A stretch of DNA of 64,000 bases from an uncultured delta proteobacterium (lineage in GTDB: Bacteria; Desulfobacterota; Binatia; Binatales; Binataceae). Below the pieces are notes generated by a model. The model saw nothing but the letters and a program-made list of their open reading frames with translations, was not told the DNA's origin and did not search any database. A program made the position numbers and the translations under genes. The stretch lies in NCBI GenBank assembly GCA_963814715.1, contig CAWFDW010000005.1:608864-672863 (forward strand). Direction: 5' to 3'. Shown here one piece after another: positions 53,278 through 63,624 of this stretch (the stretch's first letter is position 1; every line of letters starts with the position of its first letter).

Positions 53278-53374
53278 CTCGATCGATCTCTGCGCAAGCA
53301 ACTTACACCTCACGCGAGTAACCGGGCGAGGCACCCGCTTTCGCGCGGGCGCGCAGTCTGGTTGAATCTGGGGG

Positions 53375-54544
53375 ATGACGCTCCGATTTTTGACTGCCGG
53401 TGAATCGCACGGACCCGAGCTGGTCGCGACCGTTGAGGGCGTGCCCGCCGGATTCGACATCGACGTTGCCGCGATCAACGCGGATCTCGCGCGCCGCCAG
53501 AAGGGATATGGCCGGGGCGGTCGCATGCTGATCGAGAAAGACGAAGTGCGGCCGGTTTCCGGCATCCGCTTCGGCAAATCGCTCGGCAGTCCGATCACGT
53601 TCATCATCGAGAATCGCGACTTCAAGAACTGGGTCAAGAAGATGTCGGCTGATCCCGGCGATCGCGGCGCGGCGGAGGTCGTCACGCGCGCGCGGCCCGG
53701 TCATGCCGATCTTGCGGGCGTGCTGAAATACAATCTCGAGGATATTCGCGACGTGCTCGAACGGGCGTCGGCGCGCGAAACCACTGCGCGCGTGGCGATT
53801 GGCGGACTCGCGAAGCAGATTCTCTTGCCGTTCGGAATCGACGTGATCGGCTACGTCGCGAGCATCGGCGCGACCGAAGCGAAGACACCTCCCGAGATGA
53901 ACATCGCGGAGTTGCGCCGGATCACCGAAGCGTCGCAAGTGCGCGTCGCCGATCCCGACGCCGAGAGTAAAATCATCGCGGAGATCGATGCGTGCAAAAA
54001 AACCGGCGACACGCTCGGCGGCATCGTCGAGGTCGTCGCGACGGGGTTGCCGGTCGGACTCGGCAGTCACGTGCAATGGGATCGCAAACTCGACGGACGG
54101 CTGGCGTTCGCGCTGCTGAGCCTGCAGGCCGCCAAGGGCGTCGAGCTCGGCCTGGGATTCACCGCGGGACGGATTCGCGGATCCGAGCTGCACGACGAAA
54201 TCGGCTACGACGCGGCGGGCCGTCGCTTCACCCGGCACTCGAATAATTCCGGCGGCACCGAAGGCGGCATGAGCACCGGCGAGCCGTTGCGGGTGCGCGT
54301 CGCGTTCAAGCCGCTGTCGACGCTGATGCGGCCGCTGCGATCGGTCGATATCAAAACCAAGGCGGAAGCAGTCGGCGCGATCGAGCGATCGGACGTATGC
54401 GCGATTCCCGCGGCGGCAGTTATCGCGGAATCGGTGGTCGCGTTCGAGCTGGCACTGGCGTTCCTGGAAAAATTCGGCGGCGATTCGCTGACCGAGATAA
54501 CGCGCAACTTCAAAGGCTTCCTCGAACAGGTCCGCAACTACTGA
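53375..54544 (+). CDS. aroC: Chorismate synthase
   Basis: MTLRFLTAGESHGPELVATVEGVPAG...RRQKGYGRGGRM...RPGHADL...ERASARETTARVA...GDTLGG...NNSGGTEGGMSTGEP... Intact 389 aa. Confidence 0.95.
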   Translation: MTLRFLTAGESHGPELVATVEGVPAGFDIDVAAINADLARRQKGYGRGGRMLIEKDEVRPVSGIRFGKSLGSPITFIIENRDFKNWVKKMSADPGDRGAAEVVTRARPGHADLAGVLKYNLEDIRDVLERASARETTARVAIGGLAKQILLPFGIDVIGYVASIGATEAKTPPEMNIAELRRITEASQVRVADPDAESKIIAEIDACKKTGDTLGGIVEVVATGLPVGLGSHVQWDRKLDGRLAFALLSLQAAKGVELGLGFTAGRIRGSELHDEIGYDAAGRRFTRHSNNSGGTEGGMSTGEPLRVRVAFKPLSTLMRPLRSVDIKTKAEAVGAIERSDVCAIPAAAVIAESVVAFELALAFLEKFGGDSLTEITRNFKGFLEQVRNY

Positions 54545-54577
54545 GACGCGGGCCCGCAGCGCGGCGGGGCAACGCAA

Positions 54578-55194
54578 ATGACGCCCAAATTGATCCTCAC
54601 CGGATTTATGGCCACCGGGAAAAGCTCGGTGGGGCCGATTGTTGCGCGACGGCTTGGGTGGGAATTTGTGGACGTGGATTCGTCGTCGTCGCGCGCGCTG
54701 GAAAACCTGTCGCGCAAATCTTTGCCGATCATGGCGAGGCGCATTTTCGGCAGCTCGAACGCGAAGCGGTCGCGCATCTGACCAGCGATCGCCGGCGATG
54801 CCCGCATTGCCACGGGCCGTTTCCCGAAGTGATCTCGACCGGCGGCGGCGTGCTGGTTGATGAATCGAATTGCGTGGCGCTCAAGCGAGTCGGCGTGATC
54901 GTGTGCCTGACCGCGCGTCCCGAAGTCGTTGCGGCGCGTGTCCAGCGATCGAAGGCCAAGCGCCCGAAGCTGACGGAAACAGGTAAGCCAACTTTGGAGC
55001 GGGTCAAAGAGCTGATGGCCGAGCGAGCGGACGCCTACGCGCGCGCCGACGTTCAAGTGGACAGCTCTGACCTGACGATCGAGCAATTGAGCGATCACGT
55101 AATTGCGGCATTTGGTATCCACGCCGCTCGACGCGTTCTGCCCCAAAGCATAGATGCAGACCATCCACATAGAACTTGGGCCCGCTTCGCATGA
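54578..55194 (+). CDS. aroK: Shikimate kinase; frameshift near 54685; 3' end uncertain
   Basis: MTPKLILTGFMATGKSSVGPIVARRLGWEFVDVD (Walker A), then a shift to ...GKPVAQIFADHGEAHFRQLEREAV...VISTGGGVLVDE...VCLTARPEVVAARV... Confidence 0.85.
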
Positions 55195-56232
55195 TGCGCA
55201 GGTCGGCGCCAACATCCTCGACCGGCTGGGCGAACTCGCACGTGCCGCCGGACTTAAGCCCGGTGCTTGCGCCGTCGTGACTGACGCGACGGTCGAGAAG
55301 CTCTATGCTGCGCGCGTCGAAGATTCGCTTCGCAAGAGCGGCTTTGCGCCCGTCGTGATTTCGGTGCCGCCGGGGGAAGCATCCAAGTCTCTCGCGACGC
55401 TGGAAGTTCTCTACGATCGGATGACGGCGAGCGGGCTCGATCGCAACAGTGCGGTGTTCGCGCTTGGTGGCGGCGTCGTGGGCGATCTCGCGGGATTTGC
55501 GGCTGCGACTTTTTTGCGCGGCGTGCCTTTGGTGCAAGTGCCGACGACCGTGGTCGCGCAGGTGGATTCCGCGCTTGGCGGCAAGACCGCGATCAACCAT
55601 CGTCACGCCAAAAATCTAATCGGCGCATTCTACCAGCCGCGGTTGATCGTCGCCGATGTGGCGACGCTGGCGACGCTGCCCGATCGCGAATTTCGCGAAG
55701 GACTGGCCGAGGTGATCAAGTACGGCGCAATCATGGACGCGCCGATGATTGCGGACCTCGAGCGCGATCTCGATGCGATCCTTGCGCGCCGCGCGCGACC
55801 TGCTCGAGCAAGTCGTCGCGCGATCGCTGATGCATAAAGCCGCAGTCGTATCGCGCCGACGAGCGTGAAAGCGGTCTGCGCAAGACTCTGAACTTCGGCC
55901 ACACTATCGGCCACGCGATCGAAGCGAGCGCCGGATACGGCAGCTACTTTCACGGCGAGGCGGTTGCAATCGGGATGGTCGCGGCGGCGCGCCTGTCGAG
56001 CAAGTACGCCGGCTTCTCGGCTGACGAAGCGTCGCGGCTGGAGCGTTTGATCGAGCGCTGCGGCTTGCCGACTGCGATGCCGGCGGGTTGGCAGAGCGAC
56101 AACTTTCTGCGCGCGATCGGCCTCGACAAGAAGCGCGCGGCGGGCGGCGTGGAGTTCGTACTGCTCGATCGCCTTGGCCATTCGTTGACAAAAAGTCTCT
56201 CGATTGACGACATTTTGTCACCACTGCGCTGA
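55154..56232 (+). CDS. aroB: 3-dehydroquinate synthase; about 2 frameshifts (55795, 55855)
   Basis: ...VVISVPPGEASKSL...FALGGGVVGDLAGFAAATFLRGVPLVQVPTTVVAQVDSALGGKTAINH...KNLIGAFYQP...REFREGLAEVIKYG... / ...LNFGHTIGHAIE...HGEAVAIGM... Confidence 0.9.
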
Positions 56233-56419
56233 TCGCCGGCGAATTTCTGACTGAAAATGTTCCATAGGTTACAAATTCTGGCGTAAATTTCGCTCGTCTG
56301 CATGGCGCGTCTACGACCTCTCTAGTATGTACTGAGTAGCGCACGCGGGACTGTTTCACCCGTACATCGTCAAGGGCCGGGAAGGGCAGCGTAAACACCG
56401 CGTAACGCGAAGGAGACGC

Positions 56420-56638
56420 ATGGATCGTTACAATGAATTGAAAAGCAAGGTTCTTACGGTACAGGAAGTGTCAAATTACCTGCGGGTGCATCCGTCGACT
56501 ATCTACAGGATGCTAAAGAAGAACCTGCTGCCCGCGTTCCGCGTCGGCAGCGACTGGCGCTTTACGATCGAGGCAATCGACAAATGGCGCGCCTCGGTGG
56601 AGACAGGCACTGCCACTTCCACGAACGGCAACGACTGA
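56420..56638 (+). CDS. Excisionase-family (MerR-like HTH_17) DNA-binding protein, orphan
   Basis: ...LTVQEVSNYLRVHPSTIYRMLKKNLLPAFRVGSDWRFTIEAIDKWR... GGAG RBS; lower-G+C upstream region. Confidence 0.7.
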   Translation: MDRYNELKSKVLTVQEVSNYLRVHPSTIYRMLKKNLLPAFRVGSDWRFTIEAIDKWRASVETGTATSTNGND

Positions 56639-56688
56639 ATTCGAAGGGCCTGGCAACCCAGACTGGACGAAAATTCGCGCCGGCACTG

Positions 56689-57643
56689 CTAATTCTGGAA
56701 ATACCGGCGCGGATTTTCTACCAGCATCGTACGGATTTTCGCCTCTCCTACGCCCGCCCGCTTCAGCGCCGGCACGATATTCTTGAAGACGTGCGTCGGC
56801 GTCCAGTTCGCCACCAGCTTGGCCGTCTCAGGCGTCAGGTCGAGTCCGCGCCCGAGCCAGCACGTGACGGTGTCGTGCGATAGCACGAGCTGATTTTCGT
56901 ATCCGACGCCGATCAGTCCGATCAGCGCCGCAAGTCGTAGTTTGTCGGGATGCAGGAAGTCGAGGCCGAATCGATCGAACCCCAGGATGCATCCGCGATC
57001 GAGCATCGCGGCGTGATAGCTCAAGTCCGACGACCCGCAGCTATGCCCGATGATCACGCGGCTGAGGTCCGCGCCCTCCGACGCGAAAATCTCCAGCTGC
57101 TCGCGGCCCATCGTGCCGTCTTCGGTATGCGTCGTGATCGGCGCGCCGGTCGCCTTGTGCGCGCGCGCCGCCGCCCTCAGGCACATCTCCTCGTACTTGG
57201 TCACCTGCCCCTTGCCGGTCGCGCATTTGATGATGCCGGCTTTGATTCCCGTATCGCCGACGCCTTTGTTGATCTCGCTGATGTAGACCGACGCGATGTC
57301 GTCGATCGTCCGCTGTTTGAAGTACGCGGTGTTGCCCAGGTCTTCCTTGTAGAGGCCGGTCGCGCAGATTATTCGCACGCCCGATGCCGACGCCACCTCC
57401 GCCATGAAGTTCACGTCGCGGCCGATGTCCATCGGGCACGGATCGACGAACGTCTCGAGTCCGAGGTCGCGCACCTCCTTGAGCCGCTCGACGCAGTTCT
57501 TGAGCGCCGATTTGCGCTCGAATTTCGGCGCGGCGCAATCGAGCTCCCAGCCGGCCCATCCGATCAGCAGATGCTCGTGCATCAGGGTCGTGCCGAGCTG
57601 CTCCGGACTCACGGTTCCAGTAACGGTGTTGATTGCGTTTCAT
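56689..57643 (-). CDS. Phosphotriesterase-family (PTE/PHP, amidohydrolase) protein; possible frameshift near 57633 at the N-terminus
   Basis: ...GTTLMHEHLLIG... (HxH), ...AGIIKCATG... (bridging Lys), ...ITTHTE..., ...IIGHS..., ...LVLSHD... The complete binuclear-metal ligand set of the PTE family is present. Confidence 0.85.
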
Positions 57644-57741
57644 CGCGATGCGCTCCGCGTCGATCCAGATTTCGATTTTTCGAACCTAGACCCGCCGGTG
57701 CGGCGGCGTCAAATGCGTCGCGCGATTTAGCTGTTTAACGT

Positions 57742-58338
57742 TTAACTGGATCGCTTGGGCGCGTCTTCGCTGCCGAAGAGCGCGGTGAGAATGATCAACG
57801 TGACGCCGATCGAGATGGCGCTGTCGGCGACGTTGAAGATCGGGTAGTTCAGGTCGTAGTAGTGCGCGCGCATGAAGTCGATCACGCGGCCTCGAACCGC
57901 GCGATCGATCAGATTTCCGATGGCTCCCCCGAGGATCAGCGCGAACGCCACCGAGGTAATCGACACGCGATCCGATCGCACGATCAGGATGGCCAGCACG
58001 ACGATCGCCGCGCACGCCATCGTCAAGAGAAACGCGGTGCGGACCCACGCCGGCGCGTCGGCGAGCATGCTGAACGCGGCGCCGGGATTCAGGGTGTAGG
58101 TGATGTCGAGGTAGTTCGGGACGATCGCGATACTCTCGTACAGCGCCATGTGTGCCTGCACGAACAGCTTGGTCGCCTGGTCGAGCAGGATGACGGGAAG
58201 CGTGATCGCGCCGATCAAAAGCAGAAACGGTTTGCGCGGCGGCGCCGACGCTATCGACTCGCCTCCCGCGAGCACGCCGGGAAGGGGCTTGGCACTCGAT
58301 TGTTCCGGCATCGCTACGCTCCGACGACTGCGCGACAT
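57742..58338 (-). CDS. lspA: Lipoprotein signal peptidase (signal peptidase II)
   Basis: ...LLDQATKLFV...YTLNPGAAFS...LILGGAIGNLIDR...VIDF...PIFNVADSAISIG... The N-terminal extension may be shorter than called. Confidence 0.9.
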   Translation of the reverse strand: MSRSRRSVAMPEQSSAKPLPGVLAGGESIASAPPRKPFLLLIGAITLPVILLDQATKLFVQAHMALYESIAIVPNYLDITYTLNPGAAFSMLADAPAWVRTAFLLTMACAAIVVLAILIVRSDRVSITSVAFALILGGAIGNLIDRAVRGRVIDFMRAHYYDLNYPIFNVADSAISIGVTLIILTALFGSEDAPKRSS

Positions 58339-61207
58339 CGCGCGTCCAACGTCTCGCCACCGCTGTCATCGAAATATTTCCAGCATCGCGCGCATTTCGC
58401 GCCAGAAGCATGACGCCCGATCAGTGTGATGGCAGGATTCGCGGCGGCTCGCGCGAACGTACCGTCGACTGCGAAATCCTCGCGGCCGTTGGCTTGATTC
58501 CTGATAGCCGCGGACTCCGTCTCGCCAAGAATCGCGACATCCGAAACGATGAACAAGTCTTTCAGCTCTTCGCGATAGCGCTTCAGCGTATCGGCCAGTC
58601 CGCTCTCAGAGCCACCGTCAGCACCCAGGCTGATTGCGGCGTCGAGCGGCGCGCCGATCGTGCCCGACTGGCGCATCGCCTCGAGCAGCTTGAGCGCCTC
58701 GTCGCGAACCTTGAGCAGCCGCTCCCATCGCGCTTCCAAATCGTTGTCGCGCCAGGCGGGATTCGCCGGATGCATCGTCGTCAGATGCACGCTCTCCAGC
58801 CGCTGGCCCCGGAAGGTACGAGTAAACTTCTTCGGCGGTGAACGGGATCAGCGGTGCGAACATCCTGACGAGCGTGTCGAGAATATTGAACAGCGCGGTT
58901 TGCGCCGAGCGTCGCTCGCGAGATTTTTCCGCCGCGCAGTAGAGGCGGTCGCGCGCTACATCTATATAGAGCGAGCTCAAATCGACCACGATAAAATTCT
59001 GCATCAGTTGGAACGCGGTCTGGAATTCGAACGCTTCGTACGCGCGCCGCACATCGCTCTTGAGTTTCTCGGTGCGCGCCAGGATGAAGCGATCGAACTC
59101 GAGCATGTCTTTCAATTGAACCGTGTCGCGCGCGGGATCGAAGTCCGCGAGATTGCCAAGCACGAAGCGGCAAGTGTTGCGAATCTTTCGATACGATTCC
59201 GACACCGCGCTGAAGATCGTCTGGCCGAGCGTGATGTCCGAAGTGTAGTCGAGCGACGCGTACACCAGGCGCAGCACGTCGGCGCCCATCCGCCCGGCGG
59301 CGTCGACCGCGTCCTCCGAGTTGCCGAGCGACTTGGACATCTTGCGGCCCTTCTCGTCGATCGTCAGGCCGTGACTGATAATGCTTTTGAAGGGCGCCGC
59401 GCCGCGCTCCGATACCGCGCAAACGAGCGACGAGCTGAACCATCCACGCGCCTGCTCGACCGCTTCGAGGTACGCGTCCGCCGGCCATTTCAGCTCAGGC
59501 CGCACAGCGAGCACGGCGGCTTGCGACGAGCCCGAATCGAACCACACGTCGAGGATGTCTTCTTCCTTGAGAAAGACCGCGCCGCCGCACTTCGTGCATT
59601 TAGTGCCAGCTGCAACGAAGTCCGCCGCCGGCCGGCTGTACCATGCGTCGGATCCTTCGCGCGCGAAAATCTCCTCGACGCGATCCATCGTGACAGTAAG
59701 CGGCGCGACCTCGTCGCACTCCGCGCATCTGACCGCGGGAATCGGCACGCCCCACGCGCGCTGACGCGAGATTGTCCAATCCGGCCGCGTCTCGGTCATG
59801 TTGCGGATTCGATCGCGCGACCATGCCGGGTACCACTTAACGTTGTCGATCGCATCGATCACTTTGGCGCGCAGCCCGTGATGATCGACGCTGACGAACC
59901 ATTGCTCGGTCGCGAGAAAAATCAGCGGATTGTGGCATCGCCAGCAATGCGGATAGCTGTGCGAAAACTTTTGCGAATGCAGCAGCGCGCCGACGCTCCG
60001 CAGTCTTTCGACAATCGAGTTGTTCGCCTTGAAGACGTTCTGCCCTTCCCACTCGCCGCCGTCCCGCGTGAAAACTCCGCTGCCATCGACCGGCACAAAC
60101 GGACTCAGCCCGTACTTCTGGCTCACGACAAAATCTTCGTAGCCGTGCCCCGGCGCGGTATGCACGAGGCCGGTGCCGGCGTCGGCGGTGACGTGCTCGG
60201 CGTACATCAGCTTCACGTCGCGCGGCAGAAACGGATGCCGAAAAATATCCTGGCCGTCGTGCGCCTTGATCGCGTCGCGGCTGAGCGGGATCCGTTTCTC
60301 GACTGTCAGCGCGCATTCCTTCTCGACGCTGTCCGCCAATCGCGACGCGACCACGTAATAATGTTCGCCGACTTTCAGCGCGACGTAGTCGAATGTTTCG
60401 TTCAGCGAGATTCCGAGATTCGCCGGAATCGTCCACGGCGTCGTCGTCCAGATCACCGCCGCCAGTTTGCCGGCCTTGTGCGCCGCTTCAAGCTCGGCGC
60501 GATCTTTGGCTTCCACAGCCAGCGCGCCAGCATCGTGGAGATTCGAATTGAACGCGAAGGCGACGTAAATCGACGGCGAGACGTGATCCTTGTACTCGAC
60601 TTCGGCCTCCGCCAGCGCCGATCGGCAGTCGAAACACCAATGCACCGGACGCAGGCCGCGATACACGTAGCCTTGCTCGACCATCTTGCGCAGCACGCGG
60701 ATTTCCGCGGCATCGTACTCCGGCGCCATCGTGAGATACGGATTGAACCAGTCGCCGATACATCCGAGGCGTCGAAAATCCGAGCGCTGCAAATCAACCC
60801 ACTTCTCGGCTTCGGCGCGGCACAGCTTGCGCAGGTCGAGCTTGGACGTCGTGCGCGCCTTGTCGCCGCCGAGGTCGCGTGAGACCTTGTACTCGATCGG
60901 CATCCCGTGACAGTCCCATCCGGGCACGAACGGCGTGCGAAATCCGAGCATCGAGCGCGATCGCACGACGAAGTCCTTGAGAATTTTGTTGAGCGCGGTC
61001 CCGAGATGCACGCGGCCGTTCGCATACGGCGGCCCGTCATGCAGCACCCACGACTCGGCAGTCCTTGCGCACTTCCATCAGGCGCGCGTAGAGGTCGAGA
61101 TCGTCCCAGTGCTTGAGCATCTCCGGCTCCCGCTTGGGCAGATTCGCCTTCATCGGAAAGTCGGTCTTGGGAAGTTTCAGGGTAGATTTGTAATCAGTCT
61201 CAGCCAC
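58314..61207 (-). CDS. ileS: Isoleucine--tRNA ligase; two frameshifts (about 61065, 58795)
   Basis: GTG 61207: [34 protein letters not shown] / ...[25 protein letters not shown]... (HIGH-type), ...[10 protein letters not shown]... (KMSKS) / C-terminal Zn motif ...[11 protein letters not shown]... Confidence 0.95.
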
Positions 61208-61223
61208 TAGTTTTTTCCAGGTA

Positions 61224-61247
61224 TTAATCTGCGTCCGATCAGATTAA
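61224..61247. promoter_or_regulatory. Perfect inverted repeat TTAATCTG-N8-CAGATTAA, 17 nt upstream of the ileS start
   Basis: ttaatctgcgtccgatcagattaa. Could be an operator or a 5'-leader hairpin; function unknown. Confidence 0.3.
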
Positions 61248-61376
61248 CGCACGCGCCGTTCCTTCGCGAGTATCGACCTTATAGATGGGGCGGGCCGCCC
61301 CCACTGAAATCACGAAAATACCGCGCATCGGCATGCGATGCCTGCATTCTCAAATAGCCTGTGTTAGATGGGACGG

Positions 61377-62090
61377 ATGAAGAAGTCCGCAAAGAGGCCG
61401 CCATTCATCATTGATGCTGCGTCGTGTCCGGAGACGAGCCATCAATATCCTAACAGCGACGAATACACTGGTCATCAACGGAGCATCGGCAGAGCGGCGG
61501 GACTCCAGAAGATTGGCGTTAACCTGATGCGGCTGGCGCCCGGGGAACGAAGTTCATGGCCTCATGCCGAAGAGAAAGAAGAGGAATTCGTCTACGTTCT
61601 CGAGGGTAAGGTTGACGCGTGGATCGACGGCAATGTTCACGCGATGCGTCCCGGTGAGTTTGCCGCCTTTCCCGCCGGCACCGGCATCTGCCATTGCTTC
61701 ATCAACAACAGCAAGCGTGAGGCCCTGCTCATTGTGGGAGGAGAGGCTTCGAAGCGCGACAATCGCATCTACTATCCGCTCCATCCGCAACGCCGCGATG
61801 ATTTGCCGTCGAGCGAATGGTGGGAGGATGTTCCGAAACATCGCTTGGGACCACATGACGGGATGTCCGACACGCTTCGTCGCCGCAAACAACCGAAAAT
61901 AATCGCCTGCGCGGCGGGCGGCAGGGGTGACCCCTGCACCCGGTGTTTGCATCTTCTTGCATTTTATAGTGGGGCGGGCCGCCGTGCCCGCCATCGACGC
62001 GTGGGCGTCCGCGCCCACGCGTACCGACAGCATGTTGGGGCGTTTGAATCCCGGCGCCGGCCTCCATATCATTTCTCGTTCATCATCTAA
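61377..62090 (+). CDS. Cupin-fold protein; the native C-terminus probably lies near 61900, with the ORF reading through into repeat elements
   Basis: MKKSAKRPPFIIDAAS...GVNLMRLAPGERSSWPHAEEKEEEFVYVLEGKVDAWIDGNVHAMRPGEFAAFPAGTGICHCFIN... (cupin motifs). From about 61900 the frame translates repeat DNA (...ACAAGGRGDPCTRC...). Confidence 0.7.
   Translation: MKKSAKRPPFIIDAASCPETSHQYPNSDEYTGHQRSIGRAAGLQKIGVNLMRLAPGERSSWPHAEEKEEEFVYVLEGKVDAWIDGNVHAMRPGEFAAFPAGTGICHCFINNSKREALLIVGGEASKRDNRIYYPLHPQRRDDLPSSEWWEDVPKHRLGPHDGMSDTLRRRKQPKIIACAAGGRGDPCTRCLHLLAFYSGAGRRARHRRVGVRAHAYRQHVGAFESRRRPPYHFSFII
61901..61966 (-). repeat. R1 dispersed repeat, copy D (inverted, first hairpin divergent)
   Basis: aatcgcctgcgcggcgggcggcaggggtgacccctgcacccggtg is the reverse complement of the R1 core cac(c/t)gggtgcaggggtcacccctgccgcccgccgcgcaggcgatt. 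Confidence 0.85.
61968..61992 (+). repeat. 25-nt GC hairpin repeat, identical to 27060..27084
   Basis: agtggggcgggccgccgtgcccgcc (hairpin GGCGGGC/GCCCGCC). A related inverted copy lies at about 61284..61303 (tggggcgggccgcccccactg). Confidence 0.8.
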
Positions 62091-62113
62091 TCGCACTATC
62101 ATAGAAAAACATT

Positions 62114-62413
62114 ATGGGACTCAGAAAAGTAACTTTGTTCGATAAGGAAGGGACCACCCTCGTGCCCGTTGACGAGGATGGTCAGGCGAAACCCGCTGTG
62201 ATGGGCGTGCGATGGACCAATCCTGACACGTTCGAAACGATTCGCGTCGTCGGCGGCAAACGCACCGGCCCGAAAAACGAAGTGCTGATGAACGTCCCGC
62301 CGACGCTCGATACCAGCGCGTTCGCAATCGAGGATTTGCCGCCGCCCAAGGTTAAGGAAGAGCTCAAGGAAATCGAAAAGCCGGCCGCGGACACGTCGGC
62401 CAAGAAACCATGA
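62114..62413 (+). CDS. Hypothetical 99-aa protein, translationally coupled to the following CoA-transferase
   Basis: MGLRKVTLFDKEGTTLVPVDEDGQAKPAVMGVRWTNPDTFETIRVVGGKRTGPKNEVLM... The stop overlaps the next ATG (ATGA). No family recognised. Confidence 0.45.
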   Translation: MGLRKVTLFDKEGTTLVPVDEDGQAKPAVMGVRWTNPDTFETIRVVGGKRTGPKNEVLMNVPPTLDTSAFAIEDLPPPKVKEELKEIEKPAADTSAKKP

Positions 62414-63622
62414 CGCAGACCGGCCCGGGCGCGCTCGCGGGCTTGCGCGTGCTGGATCTGACGGGGCATCGCGCACAACTTTGCGCGCGAATCCTCGGCG
62501 ACATGGGCGCCGACGTTATCAAGGTCGAACCGCCGTCCGGTGATGACGCGCGCCGCATCGGACCGTTCCTCGACGACTTGCCGCATCGCGACCGCAGCCT
62601 GTTTTTCTGGTTCTACAATCTCAACAAGCGATCGCTGACGCTTGACCTCAAGCATTCGCGCGGCGCCGACATCCTGCTTCAGCTCGTTCGCAGCGCCGAC
62701 GTCGTTATCGAGAGCTTCGCGCCGGGCACGATGGACCAGCTCGGGCTTGGCTGGGACGTTCTCCATCGCGAGAATCCAGCGCTCGTGCTGTGCTCGATCG
62801 CGCCGTTCGGACAGACCGGCCCGTATCGCGACTTCGTCGCCGACGACACCGTGCTGACCGCGCTCGGCGGGATGCTCTACGTCAACGGCTTCCCGAATCA
62901 CGCGCCGGTGCGTCCGTTGGGTTTGCAGGCCTATCATTCGTCGGCGTACTTCGGCGCGATCGCCGTGATGCTCGCGCTGCTCGCGCGCGACAGATACTGC
63001 CGAAGGTCAGTGGATCGATCTGAGCATGCAGGAGGCCACTGCGGCGGCCGTCGAGCACGTCGCCGGCGGATACTTCGAGCGCAACGAGGCCGAGCCGCGT
63101 CGCGGCACTCTGCATTGGAGCCGTTTTTTTCGCGTCGGCAAATGCCGCGACGGCTACATCATGCACTGCACGCTCGGCGACTGGACCTCGCTCATCGAAT
63201 GGGTCAAGTCCGACGGCAAGGCGGCCGACCTCGACGACCCAAACTACCAGGAGCCGCTCTATCGCTACCTGATGGCCGAGCATGTGTTCGACGTGCTCGA
63301 CGATTGGGTCAAGGATTATCCGCGCGACGAGCTACTCGAGCGCGCGCAGCTTCTGCGCCAGCCCTATGCGACCGTGCGTCCGCCCGAGGCGCTGTTCGAC
63401 GACGAGCAGCTAATCGACCGCGGCTTCTTCGTCGAGGTCGAGCATCCCGAGCTTGGGCGCAAATTCCGCTACCCGGGCGCGCCGTATCTTTTCAACGGCA
63501 CGCCGTGGCGCGTCACGCGGCGCCCGCCGCTGGTCGGCGAGCATACCGGCGAAATTTTGCGCGACGAGCTCGCGATGGCTCCTGAAGCGATCGCGGTGCT
63601 CGCGGCGGAAGGAGTGATCTGA
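62410..63622 (+). CDS. Family III CoA-transferase (CaiB/BaiF), pair 2 first member; frameshift near 62995
   Basis: ...LAGLRVLDLTGHRAQLCARILGDMGADVIKVEPPSGDD...NLNKRSLTLDL...VVIESFAPGTMDQLGLGWD... / ...GQWIDLSMQEA...YPGAPYLFNGTPWRVTRRPPLVGEHTGEIL... Confidence 0.85.
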
Positions 63623-63624
63623 TC

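Noticed and set aside
49880-54577. Long ORFs 49880..50941(+), 50948..52708(+), 53303..54577(-)
   Set aside because: They are antisense to the alpha/beta hydrolase, priA and aroC respectively. The composition is Arg-rich and no motifs are present.
56233-56638. Prophage or integrative-element remnant signalled by the excisionase-family gene
   Set aside because: No integrase, phage genes, att-like repeats or tRNA are nearby. HTH_17 proteins also act as stand-alone regulators. It is kept as a simple CDS call.
58660-60882. 740-aa plus-strand ORF
   Set aside because: Antisense to ileS, whose HIGH and KMSKS motifs lie on the minus strand. It is a shadow ORF.
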